From Promethearchaeota archaeon (GTDB taxonomy: Archaea > Asgardarchaeota > Lokiarchaeia > Sigyniarchaeales > SOKP01), in the NCBI GenBank assembly GCA_029838195.1, contig JALGVJ010000017.1, positions 64,001-128,000 of the forward strand: a stretch of 64,000 nucleotides of DNA, written 5' to 3'. This document shows positions 52,020 to 61,993 of the stretch, one piece after another. A model generated the notes under the pieces. It saw only the letters and a list, made by a program, of their open reading frames with translations. It was not told the DNA's origin and ran no database searches. A program made the translations under genes and the position numbers. Position 1 is the stretch's first letter. Each line of letters begins with the position of its first letter.

Positions 52020-52969
52020 TGCTTCAATCATCAAACCAAGATACTAAAAGATTGTAGATTCTGAAAATAAAATCAATTCTAGGCTTGATGTAATTAAATC
52101 TACGGAATCATCCCCTAAACGCTTTGATATTCCGCTAGAAGCCCTTTCTTATTTCGAACGAGGTTTTAAGCCATCCTTTTTTAATAAAAAAGTACTGCCT
52201 TATACAATGCGTAGCATGAGAGAGATTAGAAAATCCTTTAAATCAATTAAAAAAACCCTTTAAATCCAAAAACTTCCGTTAATCCAGAATTTATTAGATC
52301 ATTTGAAGAATTTTGTTATAGAATTGGAGCTAGTGCAATCGGATATACCAAAATTCCTCCTGAATTTTTGTTTAAAGACAAGGGAGTAATCTTTGATAAT
52401 GCTATTGTATTTGCTATGGAAATGGATAAAGATAAAATCGCAAAGGCATCCGGTTTAGATGCATTAATCGAAGTTCAAAAAACATATCGAGATTTAGGGA
52501 GGATTGTAAATTCTGCAGCAGAATTTTTACGTAATTGCGGTTATGCCGCTCAAGCCAGTCGTCCTTTGGGAGGAGTTATATTGTATCCCCGATTGGCAAG
52601 ATTGGCAAATCTAGGCTGGCAAGGAAGCCATGGCATGTTGATTACACCTCAATATGGTCCTAGAGTTCGTTTAGCAGCGGTTTTCACGAGCATCTCAAAT
52701 ATACATCTCTCTAGAAACAATACACATGCCTGGATCGAGTCGTATTGTAAAATATGTGGCATTTATATAAAAAAATGTCCTGTAAATGCCATATATTCAG
52801 AACCAATTAAAAAAGATAACGGAGTTATTACACATATAGATGTAAATAAGTGCTTTCCCTATTTCCTGAAAATTATGGATGTTCTGTTTGCATGGATCGT
52901 TGTCAATTCAACCGAATTGGTTATAACAAATTAAAGGCACGCATGATGGAAATAAATAAAAAAAATTAA
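52020..52969 (+). pseudogene. QueG/reductive-dehalogenase-like Fe-S protein pseudogene
   Basis: ANLGWQG..LITPQYGPRVRLAAVFT; first cluster motif CKICGIY has lost a Cys; frameshifts near 52260 and 52868 put CSVCMDRC in another frame. Confidence 0.75.
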
Positions 52970-53156
52970 ATTTTTTTTTATTATGATCATTAAGATCAGT
53001 TTAAATCTTCTTCTTTTAATAAAGATTATAAGTAAAAATTCAAATTACAATTATTCAAAAAAATGAAATTTTAACAAATAAAAAACTTTATTCTGATTTG
53101 AAATAATACCAATTTTATTCTATTAGATAAAAAAATAAGGGAAAGTAACGATATAT

Positions 53157-54674
53157 TTAGGTCAAGGCTATTCTTTTCGGATATATGCTCTGGGCTTGAA
53201 GATTCTCGTGGAGTAGACGTTCAATCATTTGATTACGTAATTTCGGTTTAGATTCCCATAAATTCTGTAATTCATTAGGATCATCTTTTCTATCAAACAA
53301 ATCTCCATAACCATTTAATCCCGCATAGACAGTTAATTTATGTTTTTCAGTGATTAAATGCCTTAAACGCACATTTATACCAAAATTAAACAATTCTTCA
53401 TCATGTTCAACCAAACATGCTTCCCTAATAGTTTCTTGTGAATCTTGTAAAATCGGTGTCATATCACGCCCTTGCATTCCATAAGGCTGTTCTTTTCGCT
53501 TAATTCCCACCAGCTCCAAAATAGTTTTTGGAATGTCGATTGAGCTAACTAAAGAATCCGTGTGAGTTCCCTTAGTCATTCCGGGCACTTTCCATATTAA
53601 AGGAACTCTTAAAATTCCATCAAAAGGACAAGGTCCTTTTAAAATTAATCCATGGTCACCCATCATGTCCCCATGATCACTGGTATAAATTACCATAGTG
53701 TTTTTATCCAATCCAAATTTTTCCAATGCCGCTAAGATCTGACCCACTCCATAATCCACCATTGCAACTGATCCATAAGTTCTAGCTATGAATTCCTTAA
53801 CCACCTTCTCCGGCTCAGTCCGTAATACCATTCCCCGAAAAAAGGCATTGTCCAAAAGATCTCCCAAAAAAGGATGATTTTTTAAATTTTCTTGATCCTT
53901 ATAACTTTCGGGAAGTTCAATCTTATTTGGGTCATACATATCCCAGTACTTGCCAGGCGGACTGACAGGGTGATGCGGATCTGGAAAAGAACAATGGAGA
54001 TAAAATGGTTTGTCTCCATGCTCACCGTTGACGTGATCTTTCAGATAGGATATAGTTCGTTCGGTTATATAGGTTGTAGGATATAGTTCCTCCGGTATGG
54101 GTGATTCACAATGCGTTTTGTTAAAAAATGCTTTTGCTCTTTTCCTAATAATGGGTAAATATTGTGGTGCCCTTTCTTCTAGCCAATCAAGATAATGCCC
54201 ACAACAAACATCTCCATGGCCCAAAACCATCTCAACATCTTCAAACCCATAATAAGGACGGGGAAGATTCTTGTCCATTTTATATCGCCATTTTTCGGAG
54301 AACCAATGATTAACGCTCTCGTAAGAATAGGCGGATTTTTCAAATTTTTGAGCCCAAAATTGTAAGTGCATCTTTCCAATAGCATGAGTATGATATCCAT
54401 TATTATATAAAATTTGTGAAATAGTAGGCACGTTCTCCGGCAAGTTAATGCCATTACTCCTTACGCCGTGCATGTTTGGATATAATCCTGTTAGCAAGCT
54501 TGCTCTGTTTGGAGAGCATATAGGATTAGCACAATAAGCTGAAGTAAAATGCACTCCTTGATCTGCTAATTTGTCCAGATTGGGAGTCTTCAAGACAGAA
54601 TTTCCCGCACAACTCATGTGGTCAGCTCGATGCTGATCCGTCATGATAAATAACACGTTCATTTTCTCGCTCAT
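53157..54674 (-). CDS. Formylglycine-dependent sulfatase (Cys type)
   Basis: TDQHR, CSPNR (CxPxR), GKMH, DPHHP and SDHG..GDHG..KG motifs. Confidence 0.93.
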   Translation of the reverse strand: MSEKMNVLFIMTDQHRADHMSCAGNSVLKTPNLDKLADQGVHFTSAYCANPICSPNRASLLTGLYPNMHGVRSNGINLPENVPTISQILYNNGYHTHAIGKMHLQFWAQKFEKSAYSYESVNHWFSEKWRYKMDKNLPRPYYGFEDVEMVLGHGDVCCGHYLDWLEERAPQYLPIIRKRAKAFFNKTHCESPIPEELYPTTYITERTISYLKDHVNGEHGDKPFYLHCSFPDPHHPVSPPGKYWDMYDPNKIELPESYKDQENLKNHPFLGDLLDNAFFRGMVLRTEPEKVVKEFIARTYGSVAMVDYGVGQILAALEKFGLDKNTMVIYTSDHGDMMGDHGLILKGPCPFDGILRVPLIWKVPGMTKGTHTDSLVSSIDIPKTILELVGIKRKEQPYGMQGRDMTPILQDSQETIREACLVEHDEELFNFGINVRLRHLITEKHKLTVYAGLNGYGDLFDRKDDPNELQNLWESKPKLRNQMIERLLHENLQAQSIYPKRIALT

Positions 54675-54694
54675 TTTTAGTTAAGCACCTTTTT

Positions 54695-55798
54695 TCAATT
54701 CCGCTTTCTTTTTTTTAAACCACGTTTATAGTTATAATCATACAATCGCATGTGTTTCGGATCCATAGATTGAAACACTTTTTCTGCTTCCTCAGGAGGT
54801 AAAATTAATATTTCTCCATTTTCTTTTTGAATTACGCAGCCAGAGTTCGTTAGGATTTTATAATTTTTAGCCGTTTCTTTGGGATCTCCAAAGCAAATAT
54901 TACTGCAGTTTCCACATGAGATTTGAATATCATAACCAAGATCAACTGATACGTTAAATCCTTTGGAGCCATCGGGAATCTGTGGCCATTTTCCTTTTGT
55001 CATAGAAGAATGTACTAACAATCGAGTTACCTCATCCTCATCTTCGGGATATTCAAATCTGCCGGGACTCCACGTAGAAAACTTTCCGCTGTGATGCAAG
55101 CCAGTTAATCCCATACATCCAATGATACACCTTCTAATATCAATGCGTTTCGCATAAGAATATTCACGTCCTCCCATCTTAAAGGTAAAAGCCTCTTTAT
55201 CAGAAAACATTTTCAGAGGACAGACCCGTGCGCATAATTTGCAATCATTACAAAATGATTCTTCTTCGGGGATGGGGTCCGACGGTTCCAGTACCGCATC
55301 TGTCACCACTGCTCCTAATAGAATAGTAGTACCATAGTCTTTAATTCCGACATTGCCACTCCATCCAAATGAGCCGACACCAGATGCCACGGCCACATAA
55401 CGGAGGCATAATTCTGGTACAACTTTTAATCTCCAACCCGGAATATCTTCCCTAAATTTATTATTCGGGAAGAATGCCGCCCCTTTAAACCCCTTTTTTT
55501 GTAGCAATACAACCAATTCTTTTTCTATTCTCCAAATCCGTATATATAGGTCAAACATATGTTTTTCAAAATTAGACCTACCATTCGGTAATTTCTTAGC
55601 TAAATAAGCTCTAATGAGTTTTTTGTCTAAAGGCATGGCGAAGCTAATAGCTGATTTAGCTTCGGGCAGCTTATAGGTTATATCCGTGATATCCGGAACT
55701 CCCGCAAGAGTTTGCTGATTAGCAAAACCAACTCTAATTGCACCTCTTTCACGTAAAAATTGTTCTATTTCCTTGTTTAAACTAATGGTTCTCACCAA
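54695..55798 (-). CDS. QueG/reductive dehalogenase-like cobalamin-Fe-S protein
   Basis: AVASGVGSFGWSG..YG..LGAVVTD, CNDCKLCARVCP and C..CGNCSNIC motifs; no TAT signal. Confidence 0.8.
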   Translation of the reverse strand: MVRTISLNKEIEQFLRERGAIRVGFANQQTLAGVPDITDITYKLPEAKSAISFAMPLDKKLIRAYLAKKLPNGRSNFEKHMFDLYIRIWRIEKELVVLLQKKGFKGAAFFPNNKFREDIPGWRLKVVPELCLRYVAVASGVGSFGWSGNVGIKDYGTTILLGAVVTDAVLEPSDPIPEEESFCNDCKLCARVCPLKMFSDKEAFTFKMGGREYSYAKRIDIRRCIIGCMGLTGLHHSGKFSTWSPGRFEYPEDEDEVTRLLVHSSMTKGKWPQIPDGSKGFNVSVDLGYDIQISCGNCSNICFGDPKETAKNYKILTNSGCVIQKENGEILILPPEEAEKVFQSMDPKHMRLYDYNYKRGLKKRKRN

Positions 55799-55891
55799 TT
55801 CTATAATTTTACCTTGAAGTTTAAATTAAAGATTATTATTATAGAGATTAAATATATATAGGAATCGAATCTATTTATAAATTAATGTTTG

Positions 55892-55915
55892 GAGATTATC
55901 ACCAGTGAATAAGGA
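55892..55915. promoter_or_regulatory. Putative operator (GTGATAATCAC-like)
   Basis: GAGATTATCAC-CA-GTGAATAAG between the divergent QueG-like genes. Confidence 0.5.
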
Positions 55916-55930
55916 AATATAGAATTTAAA

Positions 55931-57079
55931 ATGACTGAAAATAACTCTATTTCATTAGAAGATCAAATCAAGAGTTTAGCACTAAAAGAAGGAGCAGATT
56001 TAGTTGGAATTTGTGAAGCTGCTCCGCTAAGCAATAAGATTTTTTCAGATGCGAGTTTTTTACTAAAAGATGCTCAATCTATTATAAGCATCGCGATATC
56101 TCAAGACCAAAAAAGCATTGAAAAATATCTTTCAAAGCAAGATCGAGCAGATTTTTGCATTAAGGCTGATGAGATTACACAAAAATTACGAGCGATTGGT
56201 GAGAAAATTAAGATCTTATTAGAACAAGAAGGATTTAATGCTTTTAACTGCAATATTAACTTCGATTATAGAAATGCCAATCGCAATCCGACAACCTATA
56301 AAGCATTGGATACCCTTGTTTCCCTCATAGACAAGGAAAAATCGGGTGCGGAATTATCTCATAGTGAGAAGAAAACCTTGAGTGCATTAAAGAAGATGCT
56401 TAAAATCGGGATAAGAAAAAATCCCATTGATTTTGTTCCTGAATTCTCTCACCGTTGTGCTGCTGAAGCTGCAGGATTAGGAAGAATAGGGTGGAGCGGA
56501 AATTTGATAACGGAAAAATATGGGGCACGAGTCATGCTGACTTCCGTGATAACGAATGCCACACTCATGCCGGATAAACCCTTAGAAAAAAATCCTTGTC
56601 TAATGTGCAAATTATGCGAAAAAGCATGTCAAGGAGGTTTTTTTGATAAAAAGGAAGAAGAGTGCATTCAAATTGCTAATATGGAAGAGAAAATTGGTAA
56701 AAGAAAATCTTATTCATATTGTGCGGTGATTTGTGGGGGATTTATTGGTCAAAATCGATTTAAAGAGTGGAGCACCTGGAGCCCTTATCGATTTAAAAGT
56801 TATGGTCTTGAAACCATCGATCAATTACCCAATGATGATTCTGTCGATGATATTTACTTGGATATTATGGAAAGGGCGATTCTAGAAGGTGGTAGGAAAG
56901 CTCAAAATGTCTTGAAATTAAATAGAACAATTCTGGTAGGATTACATAACAAGCCAAAAGAAGATTGGATCCCTACGTGTGCCAATTGCCAAATCATCTG
57001 CGGTCCCACCATGCAAGAAAAGAAGAAAAGCCTTAATTTACTCATAAATGGGGGCAATATTGAAGATGGAGATATATGA
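55931..57079 (+). CDS. QueG/reductive dehalogenase-like cobalamin-Fe-S protein
   Basis: HRCAAEAAGLGRIGWSGNLITEKYGARVML, CLMCKLCEKAC and CANCQIIC motifs. Confidence 0.8.
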   Translation: MTENNSISLEDQIKSLALKEGADLVGICEAAPLSNKIFSDASFLLKDAQSIISIAISQDQKSIEKYLSKQDRADFCIKADEITQKLRAIGEKIKILLEQEGFNAFNCNINFDYRNANRNPTTYKALDTLVSLIDKEKSGAELSHSEKKTLSALKKMLKIGIRKNPIDFVPEFSHRCAAEAAGLGRIGWSGNLITEKYGARVMLTSVITNATLMPDKPLEKNPCLMCKLCEKACQGGFFDKKEEECIQIANMEEKIGKRKSYSYCAVICGGFIGQNRFKEWSTWSPYRFKSYGLETIDQLPNDDSVDDIYLDIMERAILEGGRKAQNVLKLNRTILVGLHNKPKEDWIPTCANCQIICGPTMQEKKKSLNLLINGGNIEDGDI

Positions 57080-57206
57080 TTTAATTTATAGCGTAATCTT
57101 GAAGTTAATCATAAAATCACATGTCGCTATTCCCTGGTTGGTATCTATTCGAAAAATTTAAAAATTATTTATTAGTAATAATCTTTAAAAATTAAAAAGT
57201 GATCAA

Positions 57207-58499
57207 ATGTCAGGGCGAGAAGGCAGTTCAAAAAAATTGACAAGGTCTTATTTTCTTTATATGGTATTTATTCTAATTCTGGTCCAGGTTTTAGATTCCT
57301 ATACTACTTCCTTTCCTACACTCATTCCCTCTCGTATCATAGAAGAATTTTTATCCGGATATCCTGAAAACATTGCTTTATCCTTATTTACACTCAGTAC
57401 GGGGATAGGTACTATGGGCATGTACATTTGTGCATTGAACACGTATTTTTCTGATAAATTTGGAAGGAAAGTGATGCTAGTTGTAACGATTTTCGGAATG
57501 GCTGGAATCCTTTTTTTAATGAATTTCAGTACCAGCATTATAGATTTCACGATATATTTATTTTTTCTATGGTTCTTCACACGGTCGGATATATGGATGA
57601 TTTTTATCAGTGAAGAGGCCCCGAAAGAGAAGCGAGCTTTCTGGATGCAAGTTATTTTAATTGGAGGAACCGTGGGTGCTATCCTTGGTCCTATATTGCG
57701 TTCTGTATACATAACTGAGACGTCCTCAAATTGGAGAGGTCTTACCTATTTTCCGATTGTCTTTGGAGTCATTTTAGGAGTAATCGCTTTACTGACGCTA
57801 AAAGAACCGAAAATCTTTCAAGAAGATGTGGGAAACAAGTTATCCGGCGGAACTTCAATTTCTTTAAGAAAAAATGTGAAATCCTTGCTAAAAGCCCCGA
57901 ATAAAAAAGAATTAATTGCCCTCTTAATAATGAGTTTTGTTTTAGGAACTAATTCCATCTTTAGAAATTTAATGGAGCCTTATATCTTTGGGGAAGGAAT
58001 TTTAAATGAAGTACAAATTAGTTTAGTAATTCTCGGAGCCACTCTTGCTGTTTATATAGCATTTCTCTTGATTGGTGTCCTTGCAGACAGAATTGGCAGG
58101 ATTCCGCTTCTATATCTTGGTTCAGTTTTAGTACCCATTTCACAAGTTTTATTTGTTATCGGGAGCACGATCCCTGAAATTGCTTTATTTAGCGGATTAT
58201 TGTTCGGAGGACTTTCAGCCTTAGGGTATTGGTTGTCATGGATTGTAGTTTCCATGGTGATTCTGGAAGTCGTCCCCACGGACTCCAGAGGGACAGGAGC
58301 GGGCCTAAAATCTCTTTTCGGGGCAGCAGGAATAACTTTAGGTTTCTTTTTTACGAGCTTGTTTACCTATTTATTTGGACTAGGTTTGGCCGTTATCATC
58401 ATTAGCTTATCTGTTGGTTTAAACATTCCGTTAATTTATTTCTACGTAAAAGAAACTAAAGGAACGGATCTAAGAGATGTTTATGGACTAAAATTTTAA
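57207..58499 (+). CDS. MFS transporter
   Basis: SDKFGRK and ADRIGR motif A, EEAPKEKR and EVVPTDSRG..KETKG motifs; 12 TMs. Confidence 0.9.
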   Translation: MSGREGSSKKLTRSYFLYMVFILILVQVLDSYTTSFPTLIPSRIIEEFLSGYPENIALSLFTLSTGIGTMGMYICALNTYFSDKFGRKVMLVVTIFGMAGILFLMNFSTSIIDFTIYLFFLWFFTRSDIWMIFISEEAPKEKRAFWMQVILIGGTVGAILGPILRSVYITETSSNWRGLTYFPIVFGVILGVIALLTLKEPKIFQEDVGNKLSGGTSISLRKNVKSLLKAPNKKELIALLIMSFVLGTNSIFRNLMEPYIFGEGILNEVQISLVILGATLAVYIAFLLIGVLADRIGRIPLLYLGSVLVPISQVLFVIGSTIPEIALFSGLLFGGLSALGYWLSWIVVSMVILEVVPTDSRGTGAGLKSLFGAAGITLGFFFTSLFTYLFGLGLAVIIISLSVGLNIPLIYFYVKETKGTDLRDVYGLKF

Positions 58500-58557
58500 T
58501 TATAAAAATTTTTTTTTTAATTGAGAAATGGGAGTCTATTTTTAATTGACGGATAAA

Positions 58558-58806
58558 TTACATTTTTAAAAATATTGATACAATATCACCGTCCGTTAAA
58601 GGCTGGTCCCCATCTCTAAATTTCTGACCAGGATGTTTTGCCGTATCTCCCCATATCATTGCGAAACGGAATTGATTTATAAAATCCTTGTGCAAGCGCT
58701 TGCAAAGCGATTTGAGAGTGTCTCCCTCACGCATTATAATTGGCTCTTTCATATCAGCTTCCTCTTTGGGTGGTTTTAAATACATTTTTATTAAGTTCAG
58801 TTTAGG
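58558..58806 (-). pseudogene. Isolated C-terminal TGS domain of a DRG-family GTPase
   Basis: LNLIKMYLKPP..ADMKEP..LHKDF..FRFAMIWG..AKHPGQK..L.DGDIV; no G domain upstream. Confidence 0.75.
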
Positions 58807-58945
58807 TCCAAATCAACAACCCATCCCCGCAACTGTTAAAGAAGTTAAAGAAGTTGTAGTATTAGATTTTTCAAAAGGGATATTCTTATTAGTTTTATAA
58901 AGTAAGAATAAATGTTAATTAATCGCATTTTCAGTGAATCTTAAA

Positions 58946-60451
58946 TTAGTTATAAGCACAGCGTTCTGGGTATTTAGGTTGAAGTTTAATGATTTCTCTA
59001 AGAAGTTGGTTGGTTAATTGGTTTTTTAATTCTTTATTCTCCCCCCATAAATTATTAACTTCTTGGGGTTCATTTTCATAGTCATAGATATCTCCAAAAG
59101 TATCCAAACCATCATATATGGACAAACGATGTTGTTCGGTTATCAAGGTTCGAACCCGGAATCTTTTGTCCTTCCAAATCTCTTCATCGTGTTCTATTAA
59201 TACCTTGTCCCGCACCTTTTTATTCGGATTTTTTAAGATTGATGAAACATCCTCTCCTTGCATTCGTTTGAGGTATTTTTTCTTACCTAATCCTAATAGG
59301 TTCAAGATGGTAACTGGTAAGTCCACGGTACTTATTAGGGAATTAGAAATTCCCGTGTGGGTTAACCCGGGTATTTTCCATAATAAAGGCATATTAATCA
59401 CGCTCCGATAATGAGCAGGACCCTTTAAAACTAAACCATGATCGCCACAATAATCTCCATGATCGCTTGTATAAATTACCATCGTGTTTTTTGAAAGCCC
59501 TGTTTTTTCCAAGGCGTTTAAAATTTTTCCTACCGCATCATCAATCATGGCAATGGAACCATAAGTATAGGCCGTAAATTTTTTTGCTGTTTGCTCATCC
59601 ACTTTCTGAGGAAGAAGATGGACAAACCGAGAATCTTTTAAATGTTCTCCTAAAAAGGGATGATTTAACAAGTTCTCAGCATCTTCAAAATTATCTGGAA
59701 GCTTAATATCTTCGGGATTGTACAAGATCCTATACTTGCCGGGAGGACAAACGGGATGATGTGGGTCATTAAAAGAGCAATGCAAAAAGAAAGGTTTATC
59801 CCCATTATTGCCCTCAGCATATCCTTCGAGGTATTCAACCGTCCGATCGGCAATATAAGAAGTCGGATATAATTCTTCTGATAGGTCTGTATCATATGTC
59901 AAATCATTTATTACTCGTATATTTTTTTTCAACCATTCGACAAATTGAGGATCTCTCTCTTTTATCCATTCAATATAATGACCAGTACAAACCACTCCAT
60001 GCCCCGTGGTAAGCGCAGAACACTCTTCAAATCCATAATATGGATTCGGAAAATTTTTAGAATTTAATGTACCGTACAACCATTCAAAAAGATTTTCATA
60101 TGATATAACCCCTTTCTTTTGAGGATTTGCATAAAAATTAAAATGCATTTTCCCCACACTACAAGTGTGATATCCGTTTTCTCTTAAGATTTCCGAGAGA
60201 GTTGGAATGGTTGGATCCAAATTAATTCCATTTGAGCGTGTTTTGTGAACACTTGGATACATCCCGGTAAAGAAACTCGCTCTATTAGGCATGCAAATAG
60301 GAGTGGCACTAAAATATTTAGTAAAAATCATACCATCCTTGGCAATACTGTCAATATTTGGCGTCTTTAAAAAAGAGTGCCCTCTGCAACTTAAATGATC
60401 AGCACGCTGCTGGTCTGTTATTATGAATAACACGTTCATTTTCTCGCTCAT
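58946..60451 (-). CDS. Formylglycine-dependent sulfatase (Cys type), paralog
   Basis: TDQQR, CMPNR, GKMH, DPHHP and SDHG..GDHG..KG motifs. Confidence 0.93.
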   Translation of the reverse strand: MSEKMNVLFIITDQQRADHLSCRGHSFLKTPNIDSIAKDGMIFTKYFSATPICMPNRASFFTGMYPSVHKTRSNGINLDPTIPTLSEILRENGYHTCSVGKMHFNFYANPQKKGVISYENLFEWLYGTLNSKNFPNPYYGFEECSALTTGHGVVCTGHYIEWIKERDPQFVEWLKKNIRVINDLTYDTDLSEELYPTSYIADRTVEYLEGYAEGNNGDKPFFLHCSFNDPHHPVCPPGKYRILYNPEDIKLPDNFEDAENLLNHPFLGEHLKDSRFVHLLPQKVDEQTAKKFTAYTYGSIAMIDDAVGKILNALEKTGLSKNTMVIYTSDHGDYCGDHGLVLKGPAHYRSVINMPLLWKIPGLTHTGISNSLISTVDLPVTILNLLGLGKKKYLKRMQGEDVSSILKNPNKKVRDKVLIEHDEEIWKDKRFRVRTLITEQHRLSIYDGLDTFGDIYDYENEPQEVNNLWGENKELKNQLTNQLLREIIKLQPKYPERCAYN

Positions 60452-60552
60452 TTTTATTAGGAAAATTGTTTTCTATTCTTTTTACATTTAAAGGAGAATA
60501 TGAAATTCTTGTCAATTAGAAAACTTCATAATTAATAAGTTTTTATACGGTA

Positions 60553-60619
60553 GTGATAATCATCATTAGCATAACACGAAAAATATGATGGTTAAGACTC
60601 TATTATATGTGATAATCAC
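60553..60619. promoter_or_regulatory. Putative operator sites GTGATAATCAT (60553-60563) and GTGATAATCAC (60609-60619)
   Basis: Located in the divergent sulfatase/regulator intergenic region; the second site is a perfect 5-1-5 palindrome. Confidence 0.55.
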
Positions 60620-60680
60620 CATTATTTTTTAGAAATAGAAGATCTCCATATAAATGGAATTGTACTAAATAGGTATTATC

Positions 60681-61370
60681 TTGACTAGTTCAACAGAAAA
60701 AAAAGGGAAAGGAACCAATTGGAAAAAAGAAATCCTTGAATTTCTTAACAAGAATCCTTCAGGATATACCATCACAGATATTGCAAAAGGAATTAAATCC
60801 ACCCGGATTACTGTCTCGAAGTATCTTTCCTTGCTGAAGAATGAGAAAAAGGTGATCTCCAAAGATATTGGCGTATACAAACTTTATTTTAGCAAAGATA
60901 GAAAGTTTATCGACTTGGGATTGGTTCGGTCTTTCTACAAAGCTTTTTTAAGCGGAATAAAATCTAAAATAACTCGTGTACAAGAATATAAGGAGTTAGG
61001 CCATTTTATTTCTGATTCCATGTTTAAATACATCATTGAAGTGTATCCCGAAAGTTTGAGAAAACAAATCACATCGTTCAAGGATTTCTTGCAATTCTTT
61101 AGCAAAATGTATCCATATCATGACTTTCTTTATACTAATGACCTGATTATAGAGGAGAATTTGGACCTTGCGAATGAAAAGGGTGTTTACAAGTTAAGTA
61201 ATGTTGAAATTCTCGATATATCGGACAATTTCAAACTTCATTTTTACATATTATCAGGAATTTTTGAACACACGCTTTCCAAGATTTTTAGACGGAAACC
61301 AATTGTCTGTAATATTGAAAAGATTGATAAAAAAAAGAAAGAAGTCGTGATCTCGCTACAACGAAAGTAA
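60681..61370 (+). CDS. Winged-HTH regulator with V4R/Bet3-like domain (paralog of 51200-51898)
   Basis: WKKEILEFLNKNPSGYTITDIA..STRITVSKYL..GVYKLYF; collinear with the first regulator. Confidence 0.8.
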   Translation: MTSSTEKKGKGTNWKKEILEFLNKNPSGYTITDIAKGIKSTRITVSKYLSLLKNEKKVISKDIGVYKLYFSKDRKFIDLGLVRSFYKAFLSGIKSKITRVQEYKELGHFISDSMFKYIIEVYPESLRKQITSFKDFLQFFSKMYPYHDFLYTNDLIIEENLDLANEKGVYKLSNVEILDISDNFKLHFYILSGIFEHTLSKIFRRKPIVCNIEKIDKKKKEVVISLQRK

Positions 61371-61993
61371 TTAATTTCTAATTAAATCAAAAAGAATCTT
61401 AATGGTAAGTTTTAGCCCTAAATTTATTATATTATAAAAAAAGATTCCACATCCTTTTTATAATGAAGGCTGGAACTCTGTCCTATAATATCTGATATTT
61501 GGACATTATCTCCTTCTAAAAGGCTAAGGAGCAATAAGAATTATAATGTTTGGAATCCAATATATTTTCTTTTTAAAAAATCTTTTTTTAGTCTATTTCA
61601 ATTTTGAATATGGAAAAATCATAGTTTTTCTAAAATTCCCATTATGAACATCACTACTTCTTTTGTCTGTCAATAAAATTTCGGTTTTTAATCTTTTACA
61701 TAATGATTACAGAGAAAAAAACTTAAATAAAATTTTCTTACAAGAAGCGAAATGCTTATCAGAATTCCCATAATACTGGAAATGAAAAAAGGAATTAAAG
61801 AAAAAATTCCTTGCGAACTAAAGTTCGCTTCTAATCACTAAAATTTTTTCCTTTAATTATAAGATGGATTATATCAAGGGAAAAAAAAAATAAAAAATAA
61901 AATTTATTTGGTGATTGAAGCTTAAATTAGATTATAAAATTATATTCACTCTAGATCTTCTAACTCCTCTTGCATGAGTCCAAGAACTTCTCC

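Noticed and set aside
54695-57079. Respiratory reductive dehalogenase (rdhAB) or canonical queG
   Set aside because: No twin-arginine leader or membrane-anchor gene, no queuosine pathway context, and multiple paralogs; assigned only at superfamily level
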